DNA of 64,000 nucleotides, from contig OZ244239.1 of NCBI GenBank assembly GCA_965217115.1, forward strand, positions 32,001-96,000, in the 5' to 3' direction. The notes under the pieces are model-generated. The model searched no databases. It was not told the DNA's origin and worked only from the letters and a program-made list of their open reading frames with translations. The DNA is from Bdellovibrionales bacterium. Its GTDB lineage: Bacteria > Bdellovibrionota > Bdellovibrionia > Bdellovibrionales > CAYMLA01. Shown here one piece after another: positions 31,077 through 39,451 of the stretch (its first letter is position 1; each line of letters opens with the position of its first letter). Position numbers and translations under genes: made by a program.

Positions 31077-31500
31077 GGTTCTTTGTGATAAATAGTGGAA
31101 CTGTTTCCAAGAGGCTCATCTTGAGGGCTCTCTTTCTAAAACTATCCATGGATAACAGCGTTGTTATACATGGAGGTCAGTCATAGAAATAGAGGAAATC
31201 TGTCTAGTTAACGGAGCTCAGTCCAGTCTTTTCAGTCTTTTGTACAACCCCCTTTGATATTACACAAAGATCCATGGACTCATTGATTGAATAGGATATT
31301 TTTTTCTAGAGTATCTCCCAAAAGACTCTAGTTATTTTCGGCGAGTTTGGCTTGGCGACTTCCATTGCATTTCTCTGCAATGGAAGGTGACAAACGGATG
31401 TTTGAGTAAGAAAAGGGCTAGAGTCTTTTGGGAGAGACTCTAGAAAAAAAACGGCTCATCAGAAAAAAACTTGCTTCACTATTGTTTGTCATAAAGAATC
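31077..31500 (+). mobile_element. MITE-like element, insertion A (424 bp, carries ~150-160 bp extra internal segment)
   Basis: Left end GGTTCTTTGTGATAAATAGTGG, right end ...TCATAAAGAATC; 8-bp direct repeat CAAAGAGT at 31069-31076 and 31501-31508. Confidence 0.85.
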
Positions 31501-31520
31501 CAAAGAGTCCTTAAAAAGCC

Positions 31521-32261
31521 TCATAACTCATCGGGGTCAATAAAACGCCAATGCCCCTCTTTAAGCTTACCGAGCTTAATATTTCCCACACGAATTCTCT
31601 GTAGAGAGAGGACCCTTAACCCGACTTGTTCACACATTTGACGTATTTGCCTTTTCTTACCTTCTTTAAGGATGAATTTAAGTCTTTTATTTGGCACAAC
31701 CCATTTCACAACGGCTTGCTTAAGTGGAGAACCATCGATTTCAAGTCCATGTTGAAGAAGGTCCATGCCGTTTTCGTCAATATCTCCTGTAACCTGAACA
31801 ATGTACTCTTTCTCAATCTCTGAGGACTCTCCGACGATCTTCTTAGCTAATACGCCGTCTTGTGTGAAAATAAGAAGGCCGCGAGAGTCTATATCCAAGC
31901 GACCGGCAACGGCAAGTCCTTGGAGCATTCCATATTTTAATTTTTTCCGACTTTCAAATTGAGAATCTTGAGTGTCTGTTGAAATAAGACGAATAGCTGG
32001 CTTATAGTCTTTCTCTGGCAAGTTAGAAACGTAACCAACAGGTTTGTAAAGAGCGATACTCACTTTCTGACTGAGTTCTTTTTCAGCTAAAGGAAGAAGT
32101 TCTATAGCAGAATCAACAGGAATTTTAACGCCTAGAGTGGACTCTATAACACCATTGACCTTAACAAGTCCTCTAGAGATAAGCTCGTCAGCCTCACGGC
32201 GGGAGCAAAGTCCCTTTTGTGCCATGAGCTTAGAGAGCCTAAGAAGTTCCACAGTGGTCAC
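31521..32261 (-). CDS. rRNA pseudouridine synthase (RsuA/RluB/RluF family with S4 domain)
   Basis: RLSKLMA..GLCSRREAD, KPVGYVS, GRLDIDSRGLL, EKEY.V, EGKKRQIR. Confidence 0.9.
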   Translation of the reverse strand: MTTVELLRLSKLMAQKGLCSRREADELISRGLVKVNGVIESTLGVKIPVDSAIELLPLAEKELSQKVSIALYKPVGYVSNLPEKDYKPAIRLISTDTQDSQFESRKKLKYGMLQGLAVAGRLDIDSRGLLIFTQDGVLAKKIVGESSEIEKEYIVQVTGDIDENGMDLLQHGLEIDGSPLKQAVVKWVVPNKRLKFILKEGKKRQIRQMCEQVGLRVLSLQRIRVGNIKLGKLKEGHWRFIDPDEL

Positions 32262-33502
32262 TTTGAGCAGAATGGAAGGAGAATTTCTTGAATATGGGAA
32301 AGTCTCTCGTTAAGATAATTTCTTTCTATATTCGAGACATCTGGTTGCAAGGGGAAATCAGTAGAGAATTCTTCCTTAGGAGAGAGTGATTGACAAATAT
32401 CTGGGGGGACATCGGTTAGAAATCCAATAACAGATTCGATGAGCATCTGGTTCATCTCAGAAATATTCTCTTCCAAAGAGTCATGAAAAAACTCTAGATA
32501 ACTTTGGCTATACTGGTGCTTGAGATACACTAGATAAGCAATCAAAGATTGGATTTCAGAAATTAAAGGCTTTTCAAAAATGTGATAGTCAAATTCCAAT
32601 GCATCCATTTCATTTAAATAAAGTTGGAAAGATGATTTTTCGTTGGTCAACGAGCTATGAAGAGAAGAGTTGAATTTAGAAAAAGAGGATTGGCTCTGGT
32701 TAATGATCTCTTCTAACGAGGTTGTTTTTATTTTCTCAATCTTGGTTTGGAAATTAATTTTTTGAGTAATAGGCTCTTTGGTTGTCTCCTTAGAAAAGCC
32801 CGTATTTGGAGATGACTTGGGAATCGAGAAAGATTTAACTGATTGGAGGCATTTTCTCGCATAGAGTTTTTGTAGATGGCCTGGATATTGAGATAAAAGG
32901 CTTGTCTCTTTAAATGAAGAAATCATTTCTTGTCTAGCTTCAAACATAAGCGTGATTGTAGATTGTTGCAGATTAAGCTGTTTGTTTATTGGCTGAGAAC
33001 CCCTGCTCTGATTCTTTATTGGAAACCCAACACCTGTGGTACAATAGGATATCCATGTGCCTAAGAAGGAAGATTGTCTTTGATGCAAAGACTCTCGTTC
33101 TTGTTGAGACACAGAGAGTTTCCCTTGAATTTCTAGAATTTGTTCCCTCTTTTTCTGTTCGTAAATGCTTAAAGCTTCTGCAAACCCATTTAAACTGGAA
33201 AAAGTTGAGCTAATAGGAGAAAAATCGGTTTTAAGCTCTTGTTGCAATTTAACACGCTGTTTTGTAAGGCGATTTTGATAGAAAAGAGACTGCAGGTTGA
33301 GAGCGTGAATTTCTGCTTTTAAGAGCAGTTCGGCGTAGGGCTTAAGCACCTCTTTGTTTTGTAAAAATTTCCTATGACTCTCTGATGGGGAGTTTTGACC
33401 CAGTGGACTTTCTACGGGCTGCTGACAGCTCAGGAGAAAGGCATGGGAAAAAACTACTAAAGACCATGTTAAAATGTGATGGTGAGCACGCTTGAGAAGC
33501 AC
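32258..33502 (-). CDS. Hypothetical lipoprotein, largely helical
   Basis: 414-aa ORF, RBS AGGAG, lipobox-like LLSC, 4-bp overlap with the next gene. Confidence 0.65.
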   Translation of the reverse strand: MLLKRAHHHILTWSLVVFSHAFLLSCQQPVESPLGQNSPSESHRKFLQNKEVLKPYAELLLKAEIHALNLQSLFYQNRLTKQRVKLQQELKTDFSPISSTFSSLNGFAEALSIYEQKKREQILEIQGKLSVSQQERESLHQRQSSFLGTWISYCTTGVGFPIKNQSRGSQPINKQLNLQQSTITLMFEARQEMISSFKETSLLSQYPGHLQKLYARKCLQSVKSFSIPKSSPNTGFSKETTKEPITQKINFQTKIEKIKTTSLEEIINQSQSSFSKFNSSLHSSLTNEKSSFQLYLNEMDALEFDYHIFEKPLISEIQSLIAYLVYLKHQYSQSYLEFFHDSLEENISEMNQMLIESVIGFLTDVPPDICQSLSPKEEFSTDFPLQPDVSNIERNYLNERLSHIQEILLPFCSK

Positions 33503-33590
33503 CTAGTCTCCTTAGACGAAGGTTTTATGTATCTAGCAGGAATAAGAGCAAATAAGATGCCATATTACAGCCGCTCTCTTCTTGAAAGAG

Positions 33591-34096
33591 GGCTCTTTGT
33601 GATAAATAGTGGAACTGTTCCCAAGAGACCCATTGATTGAATACGGCCTTTTTTTCTAGAGTCTCTCCCAAAAGAGTCCAGTTCTTTTCGGCGAGTTTGG
33701 CTTGGCGACTTCCATTGCATTTCCCTGCAATGGAAGGTGACAAACGAATGTTTGAGCAAGAAAAGGGCTGGACTCTTTTGGGAGAGACCCTAGAAAAAAA
33801 ACGGCTCCACTATTGTTTGTCATATGTTTGTCATAAAGAATCCAGATAGTTCAAGAAAACTGTAAGAGCCTTCTCCCTAGAATCTCTCCCAAAAGAGTCC
33901 AGTTCTTTTCGGCGAGTTTGGCTTGGCGACTTCCATTGCATTTCCCTGCAATGGGAGGTGACAAACGGATGTTTGAGCAAGAAAAGGGCTGGATTCTTTT
34001 GGGAGAGACCCTAGAAAAAAAACGGCTCATCAGAAAAAAACTGGCTCCACTATTGTTTGTCATATGTTGTTTGTCATATGTTTGTCATAAAGAATC
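33591..34096 (+). mobile_element. MITE-like element, insertion B (506 bp, tandem dimer of the core)
   Basis: Left end GGCTCTTTGTGATAAATAGTGG; full unit to 33842, linker, second left-truncated unit 33877-34096; 8-bp direct repeat TGAAAGAG at 33583-33590 and 34097-34104. Confidence 0.85.
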
Positions 34097-34410
34097 TGAA
34101 AGAGGCGTTTTAATTATTCAAAGGAAAGACCGATAGGAGTGCATGAAGTTATTAGAATTTGGTGTTAAAGTGTTTTTCTTAGCCTTAGTCTTCGGTGTGA
34201 TTTTTCATTTTTAAGTGGTCTCTTTCAAGTGGTTTGCCAGATGAATTTAAGGCGGTGGTAGAGTAATATTTACATCTGACCCCGTTAAAATAACCTAGAG
34301 GTACGTCTTAAAATGAGACATAATTTAGTGTAGGCACTAGAATAATAGGAAAACACTGGAAATTCTCTTATAATGAACAATAGAAGTCATGGGTGGGGGG
34401 ATTTAGCTGT

Positions 34411-35274
34411 ATGAGAAGAATAGGTTTCGTTCTATTTATTTCTTTTTCATTATTGATGATTATGACTCAATTTAATAATTGTGACACTTATACAAATGCG
34501 GCGTTGTCTTATGGTGATCTATCATCTCTAGAGGATGATGAGTTTAATGACTCATACAGTATCGAATTAGAAATTTATAACTTCTCTCCTGTGGAGTTAA
34601 ATTCAGATTCCAATTTCGATATTTCAGGGGGTTGTTATGTAGGAGATTTTGATGGTAATCTTATAGAGTGGAAGCTTCTAGACCCTCAAGGAGCTGTTGT
34701 TAGTCAGAACCAATCAGGCGACGAAGCGCCCCATTGTATAGATGGTAGATTTATCCTGTCTATAGGAGTTCCAGAGAGTTTTGATCCTTCAGAACGGTAT
34801 AATTTAGAAGTGGAACTTGTCTCTCTCGACTCTTCGGGAAAGGAATATCGTAATCCGTCAATAGCTAGGAAATTAATAGAGGTAAAGGCGAGTGAGCTGT
34901 ACTTTAAACTAAATTTACAAGATTTAGGGGGGACTGCCTCTCAGCAGACAACCGTTGGAAGTGCAACCACCTTTAATGCATCGGGTACTTGCTATGAGGG
35001 AAACTCAGGAGGCCATCGCATAAGATGGGAAGTCGTAGGATTCTCTTCTGGAGGAATAGTATCGATGTCAATCAATGACGATGATACCACTGACAATGGA
35101 GTGTGTGTAAATGGAGAATTCACATCGGTCATCACATTACCCGCAGGTTTACCTACAGGGGTCTATACTTTACTTGTAGAACTAATATCGATCTCTTCTT
35201 CAGGGGTAGAGTTCAGAAACCCCTCAGATATGGCGGTAGACTCGGTCGCATTAAATGTGATTTTATCACCTTAG
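34411..35274 (+). CDS. Secreted/lipoprotein with two tandem Cys-containing beta-sandwich-like repeats
   Basis: Signal peptide ending FNNC; repeats F..SG.CY.G....I.W ... C..G.F ... Y.L.VEL.S..SSG.E.RNPS occur twice (ORF track starts at 34393). Confidence 0.75.
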   Translation: MRRIGFVLFISFSLLMIMTQFNNCDTYTNAALSYGDLSSLEDDEFNDSYSIELEIYNFSPVELNSDSNFDISGGCYVGDFDGNLIEWKLLDPQGAVVSQNQSGDEAPHCIDGRFILSIGVPESFDPSERYNLEVELVSLDSSGKEYRNPSIARKLIEVKASELYFKLNLQDLGGTASQQTTVGSATTFNASGTCYEGNSGGHRIRWEVVGFSSGGIVSMSINDDDTTDNGVCVNGEFTSVITLPAGLPTGVYTLLVELISISSSGVEFRNPSDMAVDSVALNVILSP

Positions 35275-35312
35275 CTCCATCTCTCCCATAAAATAAAACC
35301 GGCCTTAAAAAG

Positions 35313-35580
35313 GGTTCTTTGTGATAAATAGTGGAACTGTTCCCAAGAGACCCATTGACTCAATTGATTGAATACGTCCTTTTTTTCTAGAGTCTCTTCC
35401 AAAAGAATCCAGTTCTTTTCGGCGAGTTTGGCTTGGCGACTTCCATTGCATTTCTCTGCAATGGGAGGTGACAAACGGATGTTTGAGCAAGAAAAGGGCT
35501 AGAGTCTTTTGGAAGAGACTCTAGAAAAAAAACGGCTCATCAGAAAAAACTTGCTCCACCAATATTTATCACAAAGAACC
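35313..35580 (+). mobile_element. MITE-like element, insertion C (268 bp, perfect 18-bp TIRs)
   Basis: GGTTCTTTGTGATAAATA ... TATTTATCACAAAGAACC; 8-bp direct repeat TTAAAAAG at 35305-35312 and 35581-35588. Confidence 0.9.
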
Positions 35581-36579
35581 TTAAAAAGACTCATCAAAGC
35601 TGACTTCCCCTGTGACTCCTACTTGATAAGCAGAAACCCGTCTCTCAAAGAAGTTGGCTAATTCTTGCATATCTTGTAATTCCATAAATGGGAAAGGGTT
35701 CTTTACATTGTACTGAGGCTTAATATTGAGTGTTGCCAGCCGTTGATCGGCTACAAACTGCAAGTACTGGAGCATATCTTTAGGACAGAGTCCAGCAACA
35801 CCTTCAGAGAGAAGATCTTCAGCAAAAGTCATTTCACAGTCGATAGCTTCATTTATCATGGAGACAATCATATCCTCCAATTGTTCATTAAATAATTCCG
35901 GCTCTTCGGCACGGGCAGTTCTGATGGCTTCAAAGGCGAATTCCATATGCATACTCTCATCACGGAAAACCCAATTGGTTCCAGAGGCTAGACCGTTTAG
36001 GAGTCCTTTAGAACGCAAAAAATACACATAGGCAAAAGCTCCAAAGAAGAAGATACCCTCGATACAACAGGCAAAACAAATAAGATTGAGTAAAAAACGG
36101 CGACGATCCTCTATAGTTTTCAAGGAGTCTAGTTCATTGATTGAATCGATCCACTTAAGAGCAAAATCCCCTTTCTTTTTAATAGAGGGAATCTTTTCAA
36201 TAGCAGCAAAAGCTTCAATTCGTTCGTTTTGATCAGGCATATAGGTGTCTAATAGAGTGAGGTAAAATTGCACATGGAGTGCTTCTTCGTAGAGTTGACG
36301 GGAGAGATATAAACGAGCCTCAGGCGCATTTAAATGTTTATAAAGATTCAAAACCAAATTGTTAGAAACAATGGAGTCTCCAGTTGCAAAGAAGGCAACT
36401 AAGCGTTTGATAAGGTGGCTTTCCGCCGGTTTAATTTTGCTATGCAAATCTTTGGTGTCATTACTGAAATCAACTTCTTCGACAGTCCAAGTGTTCTTGA
36501 TAGCATCTTTGTACATTTCGTAGAATTCAGGATATTTCATTGGTCGTAAAGTGAGATTAAAACCAGGATCAAGTAACAT
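35581..36579 (-). CDS. nrdB: Ribonucleotide reductase class Ia beta subunit
   Basis: FFATGD, EEALH...Y (radical Tyr present), IEG.FF, RDESMH, NFFERRV..Y. Confidence 0.93.
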   Translation of the reverse strand: MLLDPGFNLTLRPMKYPEFYEMYKDAIKNTWTVEEVDFSNDTKDLHSKIKPAESHLIKRLVAFFATGDSIVSNNLVLNLYKHLNAPEARLYLSRQLYEEALHVQFYLTLLDTYMPDQNERIEAFAAIEKIPSIKKKGDFALKWIDSINELDSLKTIEDRRRFLLNLICFACCIEGIFFFGAFAYVYFLRSKGLLNGLASGTNWVFRDESMHMEFAFEAIRTARAEEPELFNEQLEDMIVSMINEAIDCEMTFAEDLLSEGVAGLCPKDMLQYLQFVADQRLATLNIKPQYNVKNPFPFMELQDMQELANFFERRVSAYQVGVTGEVSFDESF

Positions 36580-36628
36580 AAGAGCCCCCCTTGGCTAAAG
36601 TTAATTTTCTAGACAAACAATTTTCTAT

Positions 36629-39088
36629 CTACTGACAAGTCTCACAAGTCTCTGGATTCTCCAGAGAACAGGCAAGAGCTTCTGCTTCAGTGTATGTCTT
36701 CTTAGCATCTGTTGTTGCAGTGCCATTGTTTTCAATGACGGTGGTTTTACGAATACGAGTCGCAGGGCGACTGCGTAAATAGTAGGTTGTTTTTATTCCT
36801 TTCTTCCAAGCGTACATATACATGGAAGAGAGTTTGCCAATATCGGGACTTTCCATAAATAGATTAAGCGACTGGCTTTGATCAATATAGGCACCACGAT
36901 CAGCGGCCATGTTGATAAGCTCCTTCATAGGCAGTTCCCAAACTGTACGATAGATGCGCCGAATATCTTCAGGAATGGCTTGAATATTAGCAATGGACCC
37001 CTCGGCCAATTTGATTTGATTACGAATGTCATCAGTCCATAGCCCGTGCTCTTTGAGATCATTGACAAGATACTTATTAATTTGAACAAACTCTCCAGAG
37101 AGAGTTTCTCGCTTAAACAGATTTGAAATTTGGGGTTCGATCGCTTCATAGCTGCCCATGACAGAAGCAATGGTTGCCGTCGGAGCAATAGCAATCACTA
37201 GAGAGTTCCTAACACCGTGTTCTTTTATATCTTCTCTTAGAGTCTTCCAACGTTGAAGATTTTGCTTAGAACTTGATGGTTCTATGCCCCATAAATCAAA
37301 TTGCAAATGACCTTGGGCTAAACGAGTGTCTGCAAAATTACTGTGTGCTCCATGTTGTTGAGCTAACTTGCAAGAGGAATTAAGGGCATTGTAGTAAATC
37401 TCCTCAGCGATTCTCTTGGAGAGCATCTGCGCCTCTTCTGAATCAAAGGGTAGAGCAAGTTTAAAGAAGGTGTCTTGTAAACCTAAATATCCCAGTCCTA
37501 CGGGCCGCCATTTGTGATTTGAGTCGGCTGCGGTCTGAATAGGGTAGAAGTTAATATCAACGACACGATCTAGATACTTCATGGCAATGCTCACTGTACG
37601 AGCTAATTTTTCAAAATTAAATTGTCCATTCTCCACATGGCGAGATAAATTGACAGAGCCTAAATTACAAACAGCTGTCTCTTTGTCATTTGTAACTTCG
37701 AGAATCTCGGTGCAAAGATTAGATAGATGGATGACGTTTTCAGGTTTAACCGTTTGATTGGATTTTTTATTAGAATGATCCTTAAAGTTTATCCAGCCAT
37801 TTCCAGTTTGGGCTAGAGTCTTCATCATTCTTCCATAGAGATCGCGGGCGGGAATTTGTTTAACATAGAGTTCTTGTTTCTCTGCTTCTAAATATGCAGT
37901 TTCAAATTCTTTACCAAAAAGGTCAGGAAAATGTGGAACGACTTTTGGATCAAATAAAGACCACATATCTCCAGATTCGACACGCGTCATAAAGAGATCA
38001 GAGATCCAATTGGCAATATTTAAATTATGGGCACGAGCTGCTTCGTCTCCAGTGTTGTCACGCAGTTCAAGAAACTCTTCAATATCAGCATGCCAGGATT
38101 CGATGTAGACACAACAAGCTCCCTTTCTCTTTCCCCCTTGATTAACTGCTGCTACTGATGAGTCTAAGGTTTTCAGCCAAGGGACAACCCCATTGGAGTG
38201 TCCGTTGGTTCCTTTGATCAGCGACCCTCTGGCACGAACACGGGAAAAGGAGACTCCAATACCACCAGCAAATTTTGATAACATAGCAATGTCTGTGTAC
38301 TTACCATAGATAGAGCCCAGGTCATCCTGAGGAGAGTCTAAGAGATAACAAGAAGACATCTGAGGGCGCAAGGTGCCTGAATTAAAAAGAGTGGGAGTGC
38401 TTGGCATGTAATCATGTCCCGAGATTAAACGATAAAATTCAATGGCATCTTCGGCATTCTCCGAGAGTCCACAGGCGACACGCATAAAGAAATATTGAGG
38501 ATTTTCGATAACCGTTCGACTCTTAGGGTCTTTAAGAAGGTAACGATCAAAAATCGTTTTGAGACCAAAGTATTCAAAGAGATCAGATCTGTAACTTTCA
38601 ACCGAAGCAGAGAGAAGTTCTTTATTTTCTTCGACAAATTGATAGGTGCTGTCACTGATCAGTCCAGCACGGTAGCCATAACGTATGGAATCCACAAATG
38701 AGTTAAGTCCTATATTACGAACTTCTTCGTCGATGTATATATTAAGGAGGCGTGAAGCTAGGCGAGAGTATTCAGGCTCTTCACTTATGAGTAGGGAGGC
38801 GGTTGATATGGCCAACTCATCAAGCTCTTTTGTTGTCGCTCCATCGTATAAGCCACTGATAGCTTTCGTGGCGACACGTAGAGGGTCCACTTCAGTTAAG
38901 GTCTGACAACAACTTGAAACCCTCTCGATGATCTTCATAACATCGACGGGAGCCAGAGAACCATTGCGTTTTTTGACTCTCATTTTATGGGGGCTAGAAT
39001 TTGGTGATAGAGATGCTGCTACAGCCGAATTAGATTCGTTTAAAGTTGGATTGCCGTGGGCTTCTTCTATAGGGTTGTTGTGTAACAT
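36629..39088 (-). CDS. nrdA: Ribonucleotide reductase class Ia alpha subunit with ATP cone
   Basis: VKKRNG ATP cone, STPTLFNSG, SSCYL, SNLCTEI, VCNLGS, APTA, KTTYYLR, C-terminal CxxC. Confidence 0.95.
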   Translation of the reverse strand: MLHNNPIEEAHGNPTLNESNSAVAASLSPNSSPHKMRVKKRNGSLAPVDVMKIIERVSSCCQTLTEVDPLRVATKAISGLYDGATTKELDELAISTASLLISEEPEYSRLASRLLNIYIDEEVRNIGLNSFVDSIRYGYRAGLISDSTYQFVEENKELLSASVESYRSDLFEYFGLKTIFDRYLLKDPKSRTVIENPQYFFMRVACGLSENAEDAIEFYRLISGHDYMPSTPTLFNSGTLRPQMSSCYLLDSPQDDLGSIYGKYTDIAMLSKFAGGIGVSFSRVRARGSLIKGTNGHSNGVVPWLKTLDSSVAAVNQGGKRKGACCVYIESWHADIEEFLELRDNTGDEAARAHNLNIANWISDLFMTRVESGDMWSLFDPKVVPHFPDLFGKEFETAYLEAEKQELYVKQIPARDLYGRMMKTLAQTGNGWINFKDHSNKKSNQTVKPENVIHLSNLCTEILEVTNDKETAVCNLGSVNLSRHVENGQFNFEKLARTVSIAMKYLDRVVDINFYPIQTAADSNHKWRPVGLGYLGLQDTFFKLALPFDSEEAQMLSKRIAEEIYYNALNSSCKLAQQHGAHSNFADTRLAQGHLQFDLWGIEPSSSKQNLQRWKTLREDIKEHGVRNSLVIAIAPTATIASVMGSYEAIEPQISNLFKRETLSGEFVQINKYLVNDLKEHGLWTDDIRNQIKLAEGSIANIQAIPEDIRRIYRTVWELPMKELINMAADRGAYIDQSQSLNLFMESPDIGKLSSMYMYAWKKGIKTTYYLRSRPATRIRKTTVIENNGTATTDAKKTYTEAEALACSLENPETCETCQ

Positions 39089-39360
39089 TGTTGAGTCCTC
39101 CTCTTGCAGTTTTTTAAAAAAAATTCGTCTCTTGCCAATAATTAAGATGACAAAGAGACGCCCGTCACATTTTCCTCAAAAGTGACTTAGAATAATTTTT
39201 TTTAGATGAACCCATCCATGGTTTATTTTGAGCTAGCGCCCCAGAAATAAGACTTTGAGATCAAACTTCAGTGGACCTAATCAGTTGCTGTAGCTGGGCA
39301 TAAGCCCAGTTACTTCAGGTGTTTTTAGAAGCCCTGTCAGAACCTGACAATGACCTCTAA

Positions 39361-39417
39361 CCCATACAACTAGTGTTTTTTATCTTTAATTCTCTTCCTG
39401 AGAACTACATCTAGTGG
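39361..39417 (-). promoter_or_regulatory. Tandem NrdR boxes upstream of nrdA
   Basis: Minus strand CCACTAGATGTAGTTC (39402-39417) and ACACTAGTTGTATGGG (39361-39376) resemble acaCwAtATaTwGtgt; 41 bp apart (about four helical turns). Confidence 0.65.
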
Positions 39418-39421
39418 TGAC

Positions 39422-39451
39422 AGAATAGAGTGATAGCTGTGAGTGAGTCAA
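39422..39451 (-). promoter_or_regulatory. Sigma-70-like promoter of nrdAB
   Basis: TTGACT-N18-TATTCT immediately upstream of the first NrdR box. Confidence 0.55.

Noticed and set aside
34110..34136. Sigma-28-like motif TTAA-N15-ACCGATAG (and a weaker one near 57790-57816)
   Set aside because: Poorer match; the first overlaps the RBS of the only nearby ORF and the second lacks a -35 element.
33525..35490. Short ORFs inside the repeats (33525-33743, 33565-33759, 33637-33849, 33851-34063, 33918-34136, 35271-35474, 35305-35490)
   Set aside because: They occur on both strands and in several frames, are broken by copy-specific indels and show no transposase motifs.
31077..35580. Repeat cluster as a CRISPR array
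   Set aside because: Units are ~250 bp, separated by whole genes, and have TIRs and TSDs; there is no repeat-spacer periodicity and no cas gene.
33591..35580. Composite transposon carrying the 34411-35274 gene
   Set aside because: Insertions B and C each have their own matching TSD pair, and the outermost flanks (TGAAAGAG vs TTAAAAAG) differ.
39089..39415. Cobalamin riboswitch upstream of nrdAB
   Set aside because: Conserved B12-element motifs were not found; kept only as an unknown structured leader.
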